A DNA stretch of 63,769 bases, the filler included, from Reclinomonas americana ATCC 50394 (lineage: Eukaryota), in assembly GCA_048213135.1 (NCBI GenBank). It is 4 parts of 2 records of this genome, joined end to end, with 100 filler letters (N's around TTAATTAATTAA, not from the genome) between each part and the next. Parts side by side here need not be neighbours in the genome. Positions count along the whole stretch, not along the records: positions 29,243 to 37,075 come from PS015122.1; positions 37,176 to 60,368 come from PS015122.1; 2 more parts are not named here. One strand, given 5' to 3'. The translations under genes were made by a program, and so were the position numbers. The notes below the pieces were generated by a model. That model saw only the letters and a program-made list of their open reading frames with translations, was not told the DNA's origin and made no database searches. Below, piece by piece: positions 34,712-47,200 of this stretch (positions are counted from its first letter, which is position 1; each line of letters opens with the position of its first letter).

Positions 34712-37040
34712 TTACTGTACAGCGCTGGGAGAGTGCGTGCGGTGTCGCAGCAACTCAAGCTTGGTCTTGACAGCATCTGCAAGAGGACATGAGTGGCTGA
34801 TAGTAAATAGAAGGTTGTCTCAGCACAACAACTCACCAACGAGCTGATCGTCCAGCGAGTCGTCCAGATCGCCGAGTGCACCGCGCGCGTCGTGTCCGTG
34901 ATAAATGTATGCCACTTTCGAGGCTCGCTTGGCGCGCTCACGCAGCTGCTCCAGTTCCATGGCCCGTCGCTGCTCGTCTTGCAGCTTTTCGGGACTGACA
35001 TGCTTGGCGTTCTTCACCGAGTGACGCAGGTTCTCTCGTCCGTGCTCGTGCATGAGCTGCCGAGAAAAGTGAGAACAACAGCCACCGAAGCGGGACAGCA
35101 CGAGCACTGTGCACGCAACTCTTCTCCTCTCCACCTCCTGCTCCGCCTTGGCGGTGGCCTCGGCTGAGAAACTGGTCACCAGCTGCGGCTTCCACTTGCG
35201 CCTGCGCGACGACACGGACGAATGATGAGCGATGTGTGCGAAGAGGAGGAGCGTCACTGAAGGCACGCAACATGCGAGCTGGTGCACTGGAGCGTTCAGG
35301 CGATACTCCTGGTGGTGCGGACACGGGCACTGTGGACCAGTGCGTGAGTAAAGGAAGAAAGCGACGGAGGGAGTCGCATGACGCAACAATTGGTGCGGTA
35401 GTTGGCATTGTCCAGTTCCGACGTGGTGGCCATGATGTCGGCCGGCTCGGTCTGCGCGCGCCGTGCTGGAGAACGACTGACCTTTTGCTGGTGGCAGACA
35501 GGGAAAGTGAGGCGCGTGAAACAACAGCGTAATGTGGCACCCGGAATTACACACCTCAGTTTCGACTTTGAGCTTGTCTCGTACAACACGGTCGTACTCC
35601 TGTCGCCGGATAAGGGTGGCCTTTGCTTTTTCGGCCTCGAGTTGTGCGAGCTCTCGGCGCTTGCGCTCTTCCTCGACCACCAGTGCCTGTGAAGATGTAT
35701 AAGGAGGAGGCGGAGGAGGAAGTAGAAACGAGACGTGTTCCTCGTTCACGCACCATGGCCTTGCCCTCGTAGAACTGATGCAGCGGGGACACATTCCTCA
35801 CCGGTTGCGGTGGGTGCCGCAACGTTTGCATCTGCGCCACTCATCGCCAGTCAGCATTTGCATCCATCTCCTTCTTCTTCAGAGAGCCAAGACAAAGACG
35901 CAACGACTGCCTGGTACCGAGTGCTGTGCTCCGCAATCTCGGCCAGCACACCGTTCTTGGGGTGGTGCTTCTCGTACCGCTGTGCCAGCAGCTTCCTCTC
36001 TTCCTCGATTTCGGCGGCGCGCTCTGCCATGCACATGTCAACACCATGACTTCAATGCAGCACCCCACACATGACAGCCACCACGCACCCATTGCCTCCT
36101 TCTCTTGTAGCATTTGGAACAGGTACTTTTGGTGCTGGCTCGAGTGTGCATTCTCCGACACCATTCGCATCTGCGACAAGAGACGCGGTGAGTCGGGTGA
36201 GCGGAAAAGCGCAATGCACAGAGACAGCAATCCAGCTCACCCGCAGCTCGCGTTCCTTTTGCTGCTCCCTCCACTTGGTGTACTTGACCTCGCGCTCCGC
36301 CTTCTCCTTCTCCTGCCACTGCGCAGCGCGCTGCTTCACCTCTTCCGCATGCGCCACCTGCTGAGCCATCCACTGCTCCTTGGCCTTGGCTTCGCGCTCC
36401 TGTAGACAGATTGTGAGGAGAGGAGCGGGGCACCCAAGAGAGTGCTATCCACACTCACCACGCGAGCCTGCTTGCGCTTCTCGTCCTCCTTGCGCAGTGC
36501 CGCGTGGCGCTGCAGCAACTCGCGCTGTCCCGGCGACAGGTTGCCCAGCGACGGAAGCGGGCGTCGCTGTGGACTCGCATTGTTGCTGCTGTTGCTGTGC
36601 TGCGTCATTGATGGTGGCACAGGCGCAGGCGGGCTCATTGTTGAGTCGTCGCTCTCCGGCAGCGCAGTCAGCATGATGGTGGGTGGGGTGGCCGGGGGCT
36701 GTGGAGGGGAAGGAGGGGAAGGAGAGGGTGAGGGGAGGGGGAAGGAGAAGGGGAGAAGGGGAAGGGGAAGGAGAAGGAGAAGGGGGAGGTAAGGAATGTG
36801 GAGGAAAGGAGGAAAGGGGAAGGGGATGGGGAAGGGGAAGGAGAAGGAGAAGGAGAAGGAGAAGGAGAAGGAGAAGGGAGGAGAAAGGAAGAAAAGTGAG
36901 TGGGAGATGAGAACAGAAGAGATCGGTAGGAGAGGAGGTGACAGCGGAATGGAAGGAGAAGATGCGGAGAGAGGAGATCGGAGGAGAAAAGAAGGAGAGG
37001 AGAGGGAGAGAGTGCGTGTCTCGCTCAGCTCTCTGCTCCC

Positions 37041-37075
<35 letters not shown>

Positions 37076-37381
37076 NNNNNNNNNNNNNNNNNNNNNNNNN
37101 NNNNNNNNNNNNNNNNNNNTTAATTAATTAANNNNNNNNNNNNNNNNNNNNNNNNNNNNNNNNNNNNNNNNNNNNAATCCAATACAATCGGCCCAACGTC
37201 ATTTTTCTCTCTCATCAAACGCGGAAGGCGGGAGAAGAGAAATGACACACACACACAAGTAGAGAGAAGAGAAGGAGAGAAGGAGAGAGAGAGGAAAGGA
37301 GAGCGCCACGTAATCGGACAACATTCACACCTCATCACTGCTCGTCATCTGCATCGTCGCGGTCTCCACCAGCTCGCTCAT
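34712..37381 (-). CDS. Coiled-coil protein of unknown function (multi-exon; putative first exon 37331-37381 lies across a gap)
   Basis: E/K/R/Q-rich helical exons (EEVKQRAAQWQEKEKAERE; EEERKRRELAQLEAEKAK); C-terminus LDDQLV|DAVKTKLELLRHRTHSPSAVQ* with stop at 34712; alternative start at 36674. Confidence 0.65.
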
Positions 37382-38292
37382 GTTGTTGTCACAGACAGAG
37401 AGAAAGAAAGAGGAAAACAAACAGTTGCCGCACACACAGCAACACTCTGCTCGCACAAAAAAACGCACAGTTCGAAATTCGGTTTTATTGTTCGGTACGT
37501 AAAGTCTTTCCCGCCAGAAGTAACAGGACAGTCAATGAAATTACATCCGATCGTTCATCGATTGATCGAAACAGGCCGGGCCCACTTTTTGCGAGAATGC
37601 TCTCTGGAGGCAGTGTGGATGACAGTCGATTCAATCCGACTGAGATCCTCAAGCGAATGCGTGGTGGAGGCGGAGGAGGAGGAGGTGGCGGTGGAGGTTA
37701 TCTCACTTTGTCTCTTTTGTGTGTTTGTGTTGAGTGAGTGTGGTGCTTACTTTGTTGCATTGTTAGTGAGTGCAGCGGCGTTTGCGTTGCCGACGGCGCC
37801 GGGAGCGTTGCCGGGAGTGAGTGGGCAGTCGTCGATGAGGGTTTGTCTTATTTGGACACACACGCACGCGCTTGGAGAAAGAGAGAGAGACGGAGAGAGA
37901 GAGAGAAAGAGAGAGAGAGATTGAGGGAGGGAGCGAGAGTGTGTGCTCGATGGGAATCGTTGCTTGTGTGTGTCTCGCATTTCGATCGATCGTCGATCAG
38001 GCTTCCTCGTGTTCTATCGCTCGCTCTCACTCTTTCTTCTCACATTCTCTCTTCCTTCTCACTCCCTCCTCATTGTTCTCGCTCACTTTGTTGCTGTCTC
38101 TCTTGTGTCCATGCTCGATCGTCGAGTCCTTCACCCTCTCACCTCTTCTCACAGTCCTTGTCACCTTCCTCATCCTTCTCCCTTTCTTCCATCCCTTCTC
38201 ATCCTCATCGTTCTCCCTTCTCCCTCGCTCTCTCCCTTCTCACCCACCCCCCTCTCTCTCTCTTCCCTTCCTGCCCACACCAGTCCACCCCC

Positions 38293-41200
38293 ATGAGCTT
38301 CTTCTCGACACACTCGACTCCCGCCACCACCGCCACCACCAACGGTCGACCCATGTCGCCTGCAGCGACCGGCCGCAGTTCTGCCACTCAGCAGCAGCAC
38401 GCCAACGGCAGGAGACCACCATCGCGCTCGTCGATGATGGCCGAGACGTGAGTACCCCTGTGCACACAGAGAGGGAAAGCGATCGCTTATGTTGGAACGC
38501 AGGGCCTCCTATGCATCGTCGACGCACGACGACGGTGGTAATGTGTACTCGATTCTGGCGGATCCCATTCCACTGGATCGCTCCGGCAGTCGGCAGTACC
38601 TGTCAGCGAGGTGGGTGTGGGAAGCAGCAGCCAGGGAGACCACTCGAAAGCGCGCGGAATCATCGCGCACACACACACGCTTTCTCGTTCCTCTCCTCTC
38701 ACTCCCACTCCACGCAGTCTCTCGGCACCTGCCTCACGACCAGTGTCTCCGCCTCTTCGCAGCGCGCGTGACAGCCCTGCGTTTACGACGATCAATCCCC
38801 TGGCCTATGTGGACGGCTACAGCAGCGCGCTCTCGGGCGGTCCACGCACACCACGTTCGCCCTCTTCCGTGCCGCACATGAACGGCACCGCCTCGTCGAT
38901 GCTCGATGCGGTGGTCCCTCTGCTGCCCTTTGATGGTTGCGTTTTTCTGCGTGGTGGCGATTGCAGTAGTTCTCTGTCCGCCAACGCACATACCTTGCAC
39001 AGTGGCCAGCGTCGGCGACTTGCCGCACAATGTGGTCGAGTTGCGCACGCTCGTCGTTCACCTCCGACGCGTGATTGAGACGAAAAATGCTGAACATCGT
39101 TGCGCGCGCGCGTGCCACGCTCCGCGTGTTCAAGTGCCACTCCTCTCTGACATGTGCATGCAGACCAACTCGTGGTGCGGCTGGAGGAGATGCAGCGGTT
39201 ACGGGAAATGGATCAGTCGGCACTGCGGGAGCGCGACTCGAATATGGTGATGCTGACAGAGGAGAAGGCACTAACAGAGGCGGCGCTGGCGGACACGCAA
39301 CGCTCGCTCATGGATCGCGAGGCGCAATGCGACGCGCTGCGCAGCAGAAGAGATGAAGTTGCGGCGGGAAACACAAAGAATGAGAGACGTGGAGTAAGCA
39401 GGCGACTCACTCGCCGCTCGCGCAGTTGGTGCGGGCGCTGGAGGCAGAGCAGCAGACACGGGATGCCGATCGGCGGCAGTTTGAGGAGATGGTGGACCAG
39501 CTGGAGGCGGCGTTGCAGCAGGCAGAAGAGACGAATCAGGTACTGGTAGAGGAGCGCGACAGTGCGCTGCAGCGGTTGCGCAAGGAGCGCAATTCGCACA
39601 AGCATCAGCTGCGACAACTNNNNNNNNNNNNNNNNNNNNNNNNNNNNNNNNNNNNNNNNNNNNNNNNNNNNNNNNNNNNNNNNNNNNNNNNNNNNNNNNN
39701 NNNNNNNNNNNNNNNNNNNNNNNNNNNNNNNNNNNNNNNNNNNNNNNNNNNNNNNNNNNNNNNNNNNNNNNNNNNNNNNNNNNNNNNNNNNNNNNNNNNN
39801 NNNNNNNNNNNNNNNNNNNNNNNNNNNNNNNNNNNNNNNNNNNNNNNNNNNNNNNNNNNNNNNNNNNNNNNNNNNNNNNNNNNNNNNNNNNNNNNNNNNN
39901 NNNNNNNNNNNNNNNNNNNNNNNNNNNNNNNNNNNNNNNNNNNNNNNNNNNNNNNNNNNNNNNNNNNNNNNNNNNNNNNNNNNNNNNNNNNNNNNNNNNN
40001 NNNNNNNNNNNNNNNNNNNNNNNNNNNNNNNNNNNNNNNNNNNNNNNNNNNNNNNNNNNNNNNNNNNNNNNNNNNNNNNNNNNNNNNNNNNNNNNNNNNN
40101 NNNNNNNNNNNNNNNNNNNNNNNNNNNNNNNNNNNNNNNNNNNNNNNNNNNNNNNNNNNNNNNNNNNNNNNNNNNNNNNNNNNNNNNNNNNNNNNNNNNN
40201 NNNNNNNNNNNNNNNNNNNNNNNNNNNNNNNNNNNNNNNNNNNNNNNNNNNNNNNNNNNNNNNNNNNNNNNNNNNNNNNNNNNNNNNNNNNNNNNNNNNN
40301 NNNNNNNNNNNNNNNNNNNNNNNNNNNNNNNNNNNNNNNNNNNNNNNNNNNNNNNNNNNNNNNNNNNNNNNNNNNNNNNNNNNNNNNNNNNNNNNNNNNN
40401 NNNNNNNNNNNNNNNNNNNNNNNNNNNNNNNNNNNNNNNNNNNNNNNNNNNNNNNNNNNNNNNNNNNNNNNNNNNNNNNNGGAAGGTCTCTCTTCTTTCT
40501 TCTTTTTTCCCGTGTGTTTGTTTACAACGCATCGTTGCTCACCAGCGTACTGGTATGCACAGCCGATCTTTCACCGGAACCGCCACCAGCCAAGACTGAG
40601 CGGCGGCCGGTGACGGTGCACTCGCTGCGCTCCACCAATGGCTCCACCCCCACCAGTCACTCCAGTTCGCTGTCGTCGGCTCGCTCACGCCCCAACGGGC
40701 GACCGGGAGCGTCGCAGCCGCCAGCGGCACCAGCACAACCACCGCCACCCACCTCTTCCTCGTCTTCGTCATTAGCAGCTGGAGTATCACACGGGCGAGC
40801 GACAAGCTCTTCGCGCGCCGACGCGAGGCACAAGCGCAATCATAGTGTGAGTTGTGGGTGGTGGTGGTGGCGGATTTTAGCTGGCACACGTGGCTGATGG
40901 AGGACGTTTCTGTGTGCGCATAGTTGGACTCTCTGGAGCAGTGGTTGGCGGCGAACAATGTGTTTGATGGTGATGCCACGTCGGCGGGACCGCCACCTGC
41001 TGGTGGGTGGATGGGAGGGAGAGGGGAAGGAGAAGGAGAAGGAGAAGAGGGAGGGAGGGAGAACGAAGAAGAGAGGGGGAGCAAAGAGCAAGAAGAATGG
41101 AGGGGAAGAGCAAGGAAGGAAAGGGGGGAACGGAGAAGAGGGGGGGAGAGCAAAGAAGAAGAATTTAGAATGGAAGGAATACGAGTAGGCGAGCGACGTG

Positions 41201-44200
41201 AACAGGGAGCGGAGAGGAAAACAAGAAGAAGAATGGAATGGAAGAAGAGGAGAGCAGGCGATGGATGTAAGATGCAGTGGAGAGCAAAGCAAGAAGAATG
41301 AGGGAAAGAGTGAGGAGGGGAAGGGGAAAACGGAGAAGAGAGGGAGAGCAAAGGAGAAGAAGAAATAGAATGGAAGCGATGAAGACGTGGCGAAGGATGT
41401 GAAGAGGCAGTGGAGAGGAAACCAAGAAGAATGGAAGTGCTGAAGTGGAGTTGAAGGATGTTAACCGGGAGTGGCGAGGAACATGAACGAGAATGGGATG
41501 GATAAGGAGGAAGCGAAAGGAAACAGAGAAGAGAGGGAGTGCAGTGAGGAAGAACGGCTGAGAAACACGAGAAGAACAGGCGGAGGGTGTGAAGAGGGAG
41601 CGGAAAGAAGAACAATGTAAGGAAGAAGTGGAGGCAAAGAGAAAGAGAATCGGGGAAGAGGGGGGAGAAGAAACACAAGAAGAAGAATGGAATGGCAGCT
41701 CCGAGAAAGAACAGGCGATGAATGTGGAGAGAAAAACAGCCGAAGTAGAATGGAAAAGAGAGAAAGATTAGACTAGCGAATGGCTGGGGACCAGGAAAGA
41801 GGAGGATAAAACGACGTATGCAAGTGCGCCTCCTGCACGGGCAGAAGCTTTGCTTCATTATCTCTCTTTGTCTCTCCCTGTGTAGCAGTCGCATTTCGTC
41901 ACTCTTGGCTCACATCGTCGCTCACACAGTTGAACCCGAACGCCGCACTGGTCGGGGTGAGACAGTACGTGTGGCATCGAAGCGACTAGCGGATGTTCGT
42001 GGCGGCAGCGGCAAGGTCTGCATCTCTCATGTCTTGAACCGTGCATCTCCACGTCTCATTTTCCCGTCAACCCACACAGACCAGTCGGCGTTCATCGAGA
42101 GACAGCGGCACGGCCGGCAACAGTCCAGACGCCACCAAGCCTGTATTACGCATCAATCTCAGCCGGGCCATGCCAGGTGAGCGCAAAGTGCACTCGTCAG
42201 TCGCTCGGGTGCATTGCTGACCTCGTGACACAGAAATATCACCACCAGGCGGGCGGTCCTCGCGAAGCCCTCGGGATCGCGATCCTGGTCCACGCGTAAT
42301 TCGTACCCGTCTCGATGTGTTGTAATAGNNNNNNNNNNNNNNNNNNNNNNNNNNNNNNNNNNNNNNNNNNNNNNNNNNNNNNNNNNNNNNNNNNNNNNNN
42401 NNNNNNNNNNNNNNNNNNNNNNNNNNNNNNNNNNNNNNNNNNNNNNNNNNNNNNNNNNNNNNNNNNNNNNNNNNNNNNNNNNNNNNNNNNNNNNNNNNNN
42501 NNNNNNNNNNNNNNNNNNNNNNNNNNNNNNNNNNNNNNNNNNNNNNNNNNNNNNNNNNNNNNNNNNNNNNNNNNNNNNNNNNNNNNNNNNNNNNNNNNNN
42601 NNNNNNNNNNNNNNNNNNNNNNNNNNNNNNNNNNNNNNNNNNNNNNNNNNNNNNNNNNNNNNNNNNNNNNNNNNNNNNNNNNNNNNNNNNNNNNNNNNNN
42701 NNNNNNNNNNNNNNNNNNNNNNNNNNNNNNNNNNNNNNNNNNNNNNNNNNNNNNNNNNNNNNNNNNNNNNNNNNNNNNNNNNNNNNNNNNNNNNNNNNNN
42801 NNNNNNNNNNNNNNNNNNNNNNNNNNNNNNNNNNNNNNNNNNNNNNNNNNNNNNNNNNNNNNNNNNNNNNNNNNNNNNNNNNNNNNNNNNNNNNNNNNNN
42901 NNNNNNNNNNNNNNNNNNNNNNNNNNNNNNNNNNNNNNNNNNNNNNNNNNNNNNNNNNNNNNNNNNNNNNNNNNNNNNNNNNNNNNNNNNNNNNNNNNNN
43001 NNNNNNNNNNNNNNNNNNNNNNGTAGACAGGTCGTCATTCATCACACCGTCGCCGGCCAGTGCATCGGCTGCGCATGTGCCACTGTCGCCGTCCTCGTCG
43101 GCCTCTTCTGTGGCCTCGTCGCTCACCCGTCGTCGCCACCAGCCACCGCCGCCGCGCAGTGGACAAGCCTACGATGACGTGTCGCGCGGCTCCGCTTCGC
43201 CATCGTCGTACTCGCATTCGGCATCTCATCATCATCATCATCATCATCAGCCGCTCGATCGCTCGCTGTCGCCTTCGGCTGTGTCGGTGGCCAGTGGGCC
43301 CGACGCCTCATTTGCGCACTATCGAGCGTCGGCGTCGCACTACCGGCATCGCCACGACAGTCGGCACACACTGGATGGCAGCGGCAACAGCGCGGCCGGG
43401 GATGTGTACACGCCATCGTTTTCATCGTTTTCGCGCAGTGGTGGTGCTGTTGGCGCCGGTGCAGACTCGCTGTCACAGTACTCGCGGGACTCGTCTGGGG
43501 TGCTGGAGCAGCCGCTGTCTGCGTCGTCGGCGGCCGTGACAGCGGCGGCGAGGGCTCATCTCGGTGTGCTGTCGCGATCCGGCGTGCATTCTGTGGCCTC
43601 GTCGGGGTCGCCGCCACTCTCCATCACGCGCGACAGCGCGGCAGGTGCGATGCGGGTCGCGTGTGTCACGCATACACGTGTAGTTGTCACTCACCGTCGC
43701 CTGCAGCGTCAACTGTGCACTACGTGGCTCGTGGCGGCGGCTCGCCTCACAGTCTCTCCATTCATGGTCTGTCGCCGCGGTCTGGCTCGTTGTCGCCGTC
43801 GCCGTTGCCGCATTCGCCGTACCGCCGACGTGGAGACGAAGAGGATGTGATTGCCGAGTTGGTGAGTCGACGATGCTTGTGTGTGTTCTCTGCGCGTCGG
43901 CTTTGCTCACCTCCTGCGACAGCATCGGTTGCTGGAGAGCAAATCGATCGAGATCGAAGAGCGTGATCGCATGTTGTCGAGTGCGCACCGTCGTATCGAC
44001 GAGCTGCGGCAGCGGTTGACTGAGTTACGCGAGAGAAGTGGAAAGGATGGCAAGGAGGGAGAGAGCGAGAGAAAAGGGAGAGAGAGACAAGGAGAGAGAT
44101 TGCATTCTGACTGAGACACCCAAGCGCGGTGTCAGAGGAGACCAAGCTTGTGAATCTTATCTCACTAGCTTCGGTCACGCAGAATGACGGAGTCGCGGTC

Positions 44201-47200
44201 CTACAATCAGACTATCGAGCTGGTGGAATTGCGCGACGAGGCTCAGCGGCTGAAGGATGTGGCGTTGCATTTCGAAGCAGAGGTGAGTGCGCGTTGTGCG
44301 GTGGCGGCGGCGGCGGCTGGGAAGTGAGTCGTTGTCGCTGACGCTCCCTCGGTTGTCGTAGACCCATCAAGCACGCTCCGAGGCGAATGGCGAACGGCAG
44401 CGTGCCGACGCCATCATCATCGATTTGGATGCGCAGAGATTGGAGTGCCAGCGACTGGCGCGCGAAGTGACGATGCTGACGCTGACGGCAGACTTGCGGC
44501 GCGCCGACACACTGCTACTGGTCAAGGATTTGGAAGAGCGCAACGTGCTGTTGTATCAGGCTGCCGATCTCATCACGCGACTGGTGAGTGTGCGGTGTGG
44601 GCACGGAGAATTCATCATTGTCTGCTGCACGTGCGTCCGTCGCGGATATACGCTCAGCGAGAGAGACTTGGGAAGGCAGGTGTACAGCCCGTGAGAGAAG
44701 CATACACGCTCACACCGAGACATATGGAGAGTCGTACACACAAGTTGAGAAGAAGACAGGTGTACAGCCCTTGAGAGAAGCATACAGACGCACACCGAGG
44801 TAGATGGAGAGTCGTACACACAAGTTGAGAAGAAGAGAAGAAGACAGGTGTACAGCCCGTGAGAAAGGCACACGCACACCGAGGTAGATGGAGAGTCATA
44901 CACACAAGTTTCGGTTCGCCTTTTGTTTCTGTGTTTCCTTACCTTCCGGTCTGATGTGGCGCGTCGTGATCTGTCTTTGTTCTGCTCCTCTGTTGGATCG
45001 TGATGCTCATCCGTGTCGGCAGAATACACAAGTGGCGTCGGGCGATGAGCAGATTGCGCAACTGTGCGTGGTGCTGGAGAGGCGCGATGCACAAGTCGAG
45101 ACGCTGACGACCATGTGTCGCACCCTCATGGAGCAAGTCAACAGCGCCAACGTTGCGGTGGCATGCATGCATACAGTGCTTGTCTATTAGGAAATGTGCA
45201 CTCACAGCTGTGTGCACAGGGCGCCTCCTCCACCCTGGCCATTGAGGTGCACCAGCTGGAGGAAGAGCTGACTCGCGATCGTCAAGCAGGCATGCATGTG
45301 ATGGCCAGTGCGCGGTCGCGTGCCGAGTCGCCGGCGCTCACAGGGTGCGAAGAAGGGGCGCGGAGAGAGAGAGAGAGAAGGGAAGGAGGTTACAAGTAGC
45401 AAACAGATGTTCGCGTGTGTTTATTTGCACGAATGAGAAAGATAGTGCAGTGAGAAACATACTGTTGTGGAGAGAGAGAATGTGTGTGCGTGTGTGTGAG
45501 AGAGAGAGCAGCAGCAAAAGTGGATGCGTGAGAGAGTGGCGAGAACATGAGATAGTACTGTGCGTTCTCTTGCTCGGTCGCCTTTGCTGCGCTCGCTCAT
45601 TCGCTCGGGTTCTTACCGTTATTTTGCGCGGTCATCTCAATTGTTTTCCCCATGTCTGCAGGTCGAGGTCGCGTGGGGACGTGCCGATTGATGTACAGCT
45701 GGCTCGGTTGCGTCGCACTGCGTGCATGTCAGTCTCACGACTGCACTCTTACTCATCTCTCTCTCTCTCTCTCTCAATAGCGAGGCCGCTCGCCTCTCGC
45801 GTCAGATCTCCAGCACCCGCCTGTCCACGAACTCCGTGGAGATTCTTGGCGAGTTGGAGATGCGCCACTTGCAGCGCTCCGAAACCGCACAACTGTTGCG
45901 GCAGTCGACGCAGGCGATCGAACACAGCTTGCATGCGGCTCGTGACGAATTGCGCGCGCTGGAGTCGGCACTGACGACAGACAATGAGCAGAATGTCAGG
46001 CACATTCTGCGCCGCCTGGTCATGGAGCGCAGCAAGGAGGTGGAGTCGCTGGAGGACCGACTGACGCAGCGTCTGCAGCAGATCAGTGAGCGACGAGCCG
46101 CCGGCCTCGATGAAGGCGACAGCGTGCGGAGCTATGCGTCGTCCGCCAGTCGCGCGCCCGATCACTCACGTGCAGCGTCGTCCTCGCCCGATTTCCGCTC
46201 GTTGCGTCTTGCCCTGCCTGCAGAGAGAACTTTGCACTCGCGCCGTGCAAACTCGTGCATACTGCACAGAGAGGAACGGTCGCCTCTTCTCGATCAGAGT
46301 CTGTCGCAGCTGGCGCCCGCCACCCCCGGCTCATCACAGCCCTCCGGCAACTCCGCCTCCACGCTCGGCTCGCTGCACATGTCGAATTCGGCCAACATCA
46401 CTGTCGACGACTACCGGAAGATGGAGGCCGAGTATCGCGAGACGCGACGGGAGCTGCAGCAGCTGCGCGATGAGCTGCATGAGGCACAACACCGACTTGC
46501 CGGTCACAGTCAGGTGCGAGCCGAGTCTTCGATCACGCTATCAGGTGTGCATCTCACGTCGTCGTACCCGTGCATCCGCAGTTGGTGGAGCAGCAGGAGG
46601 TGTTGGCGGCAGAGTCCGATGATTTGCGACATGAGGTGAACTGCAGGCAGTTCACAGTCGGTGGAGAACGAGACGAGCTCACTCTGTTGCATGCAGTTGC
46701 TCGATTTGACGCACACATGCGAGAGACTGCGCGTGCAGTTGAGCGAAAGTCGTCAGGCGGAGGAGCGCACGATGTCCGCCCTTCGACAAGGTTGAGTGAT
46801 GAGCGTATTGTAGGCGGCATAGGTGCACGCTATTTACTGTGATCGTGTGTGTGTGTGTGCGCGCAGCTGACGCACAATTGGCCTCGCGAGTCGGCGTGGA
46901 GAATGTGCTGCAGTCAGATGTTGCCGCCATGCGTACGCATGCCGATCGGCTGCAGGAAGAACTCACGCGAATGCAAGCACGTCTCGAGTTGGCGCATCGC
47001 GACGAGGCCCTGTTCCGACAGCAAGTGGAGGACCTGCGTGTTGAGCTGGACGGCGCATGCCGCGAGCGCGACGAGCTGCGCCAGCACGTGGCGTCATTCA
47101 TGTCGGAGGAGTCGGTGCCGCAGAGCCCCGGCGTGTCGCCGTCGTTTCGTCCATACGAGCACTCTTCGTGCGATTGGAGTGAGTTTGCTGACACTTTATG

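Noticed and set aside
37507-37514. E2F-like TTTCCCGC site between the divergent coiled-coil genes
   Set aside because: A single 8-mer is expected by chance in a window this size; no supporting evidence.
40539-41894. Long S/L/P/F-rich ORFs on the minus strand (also 47489-48820, 49474-50439, 53732-54583)
   Set aside because: Reverse-complement translations of purine-rich low-complexity introns.
39213-43850. Long ORFs containing X runs
   Set aside because: Artefacts of translating through N gaps.
44677-44910. CRISPR-like appearance of tandem repeats (also 57945-58421)
   Set aside because: Whole units repeat with no unique spacers, there are no cas genes, and the context is eukaryotic.
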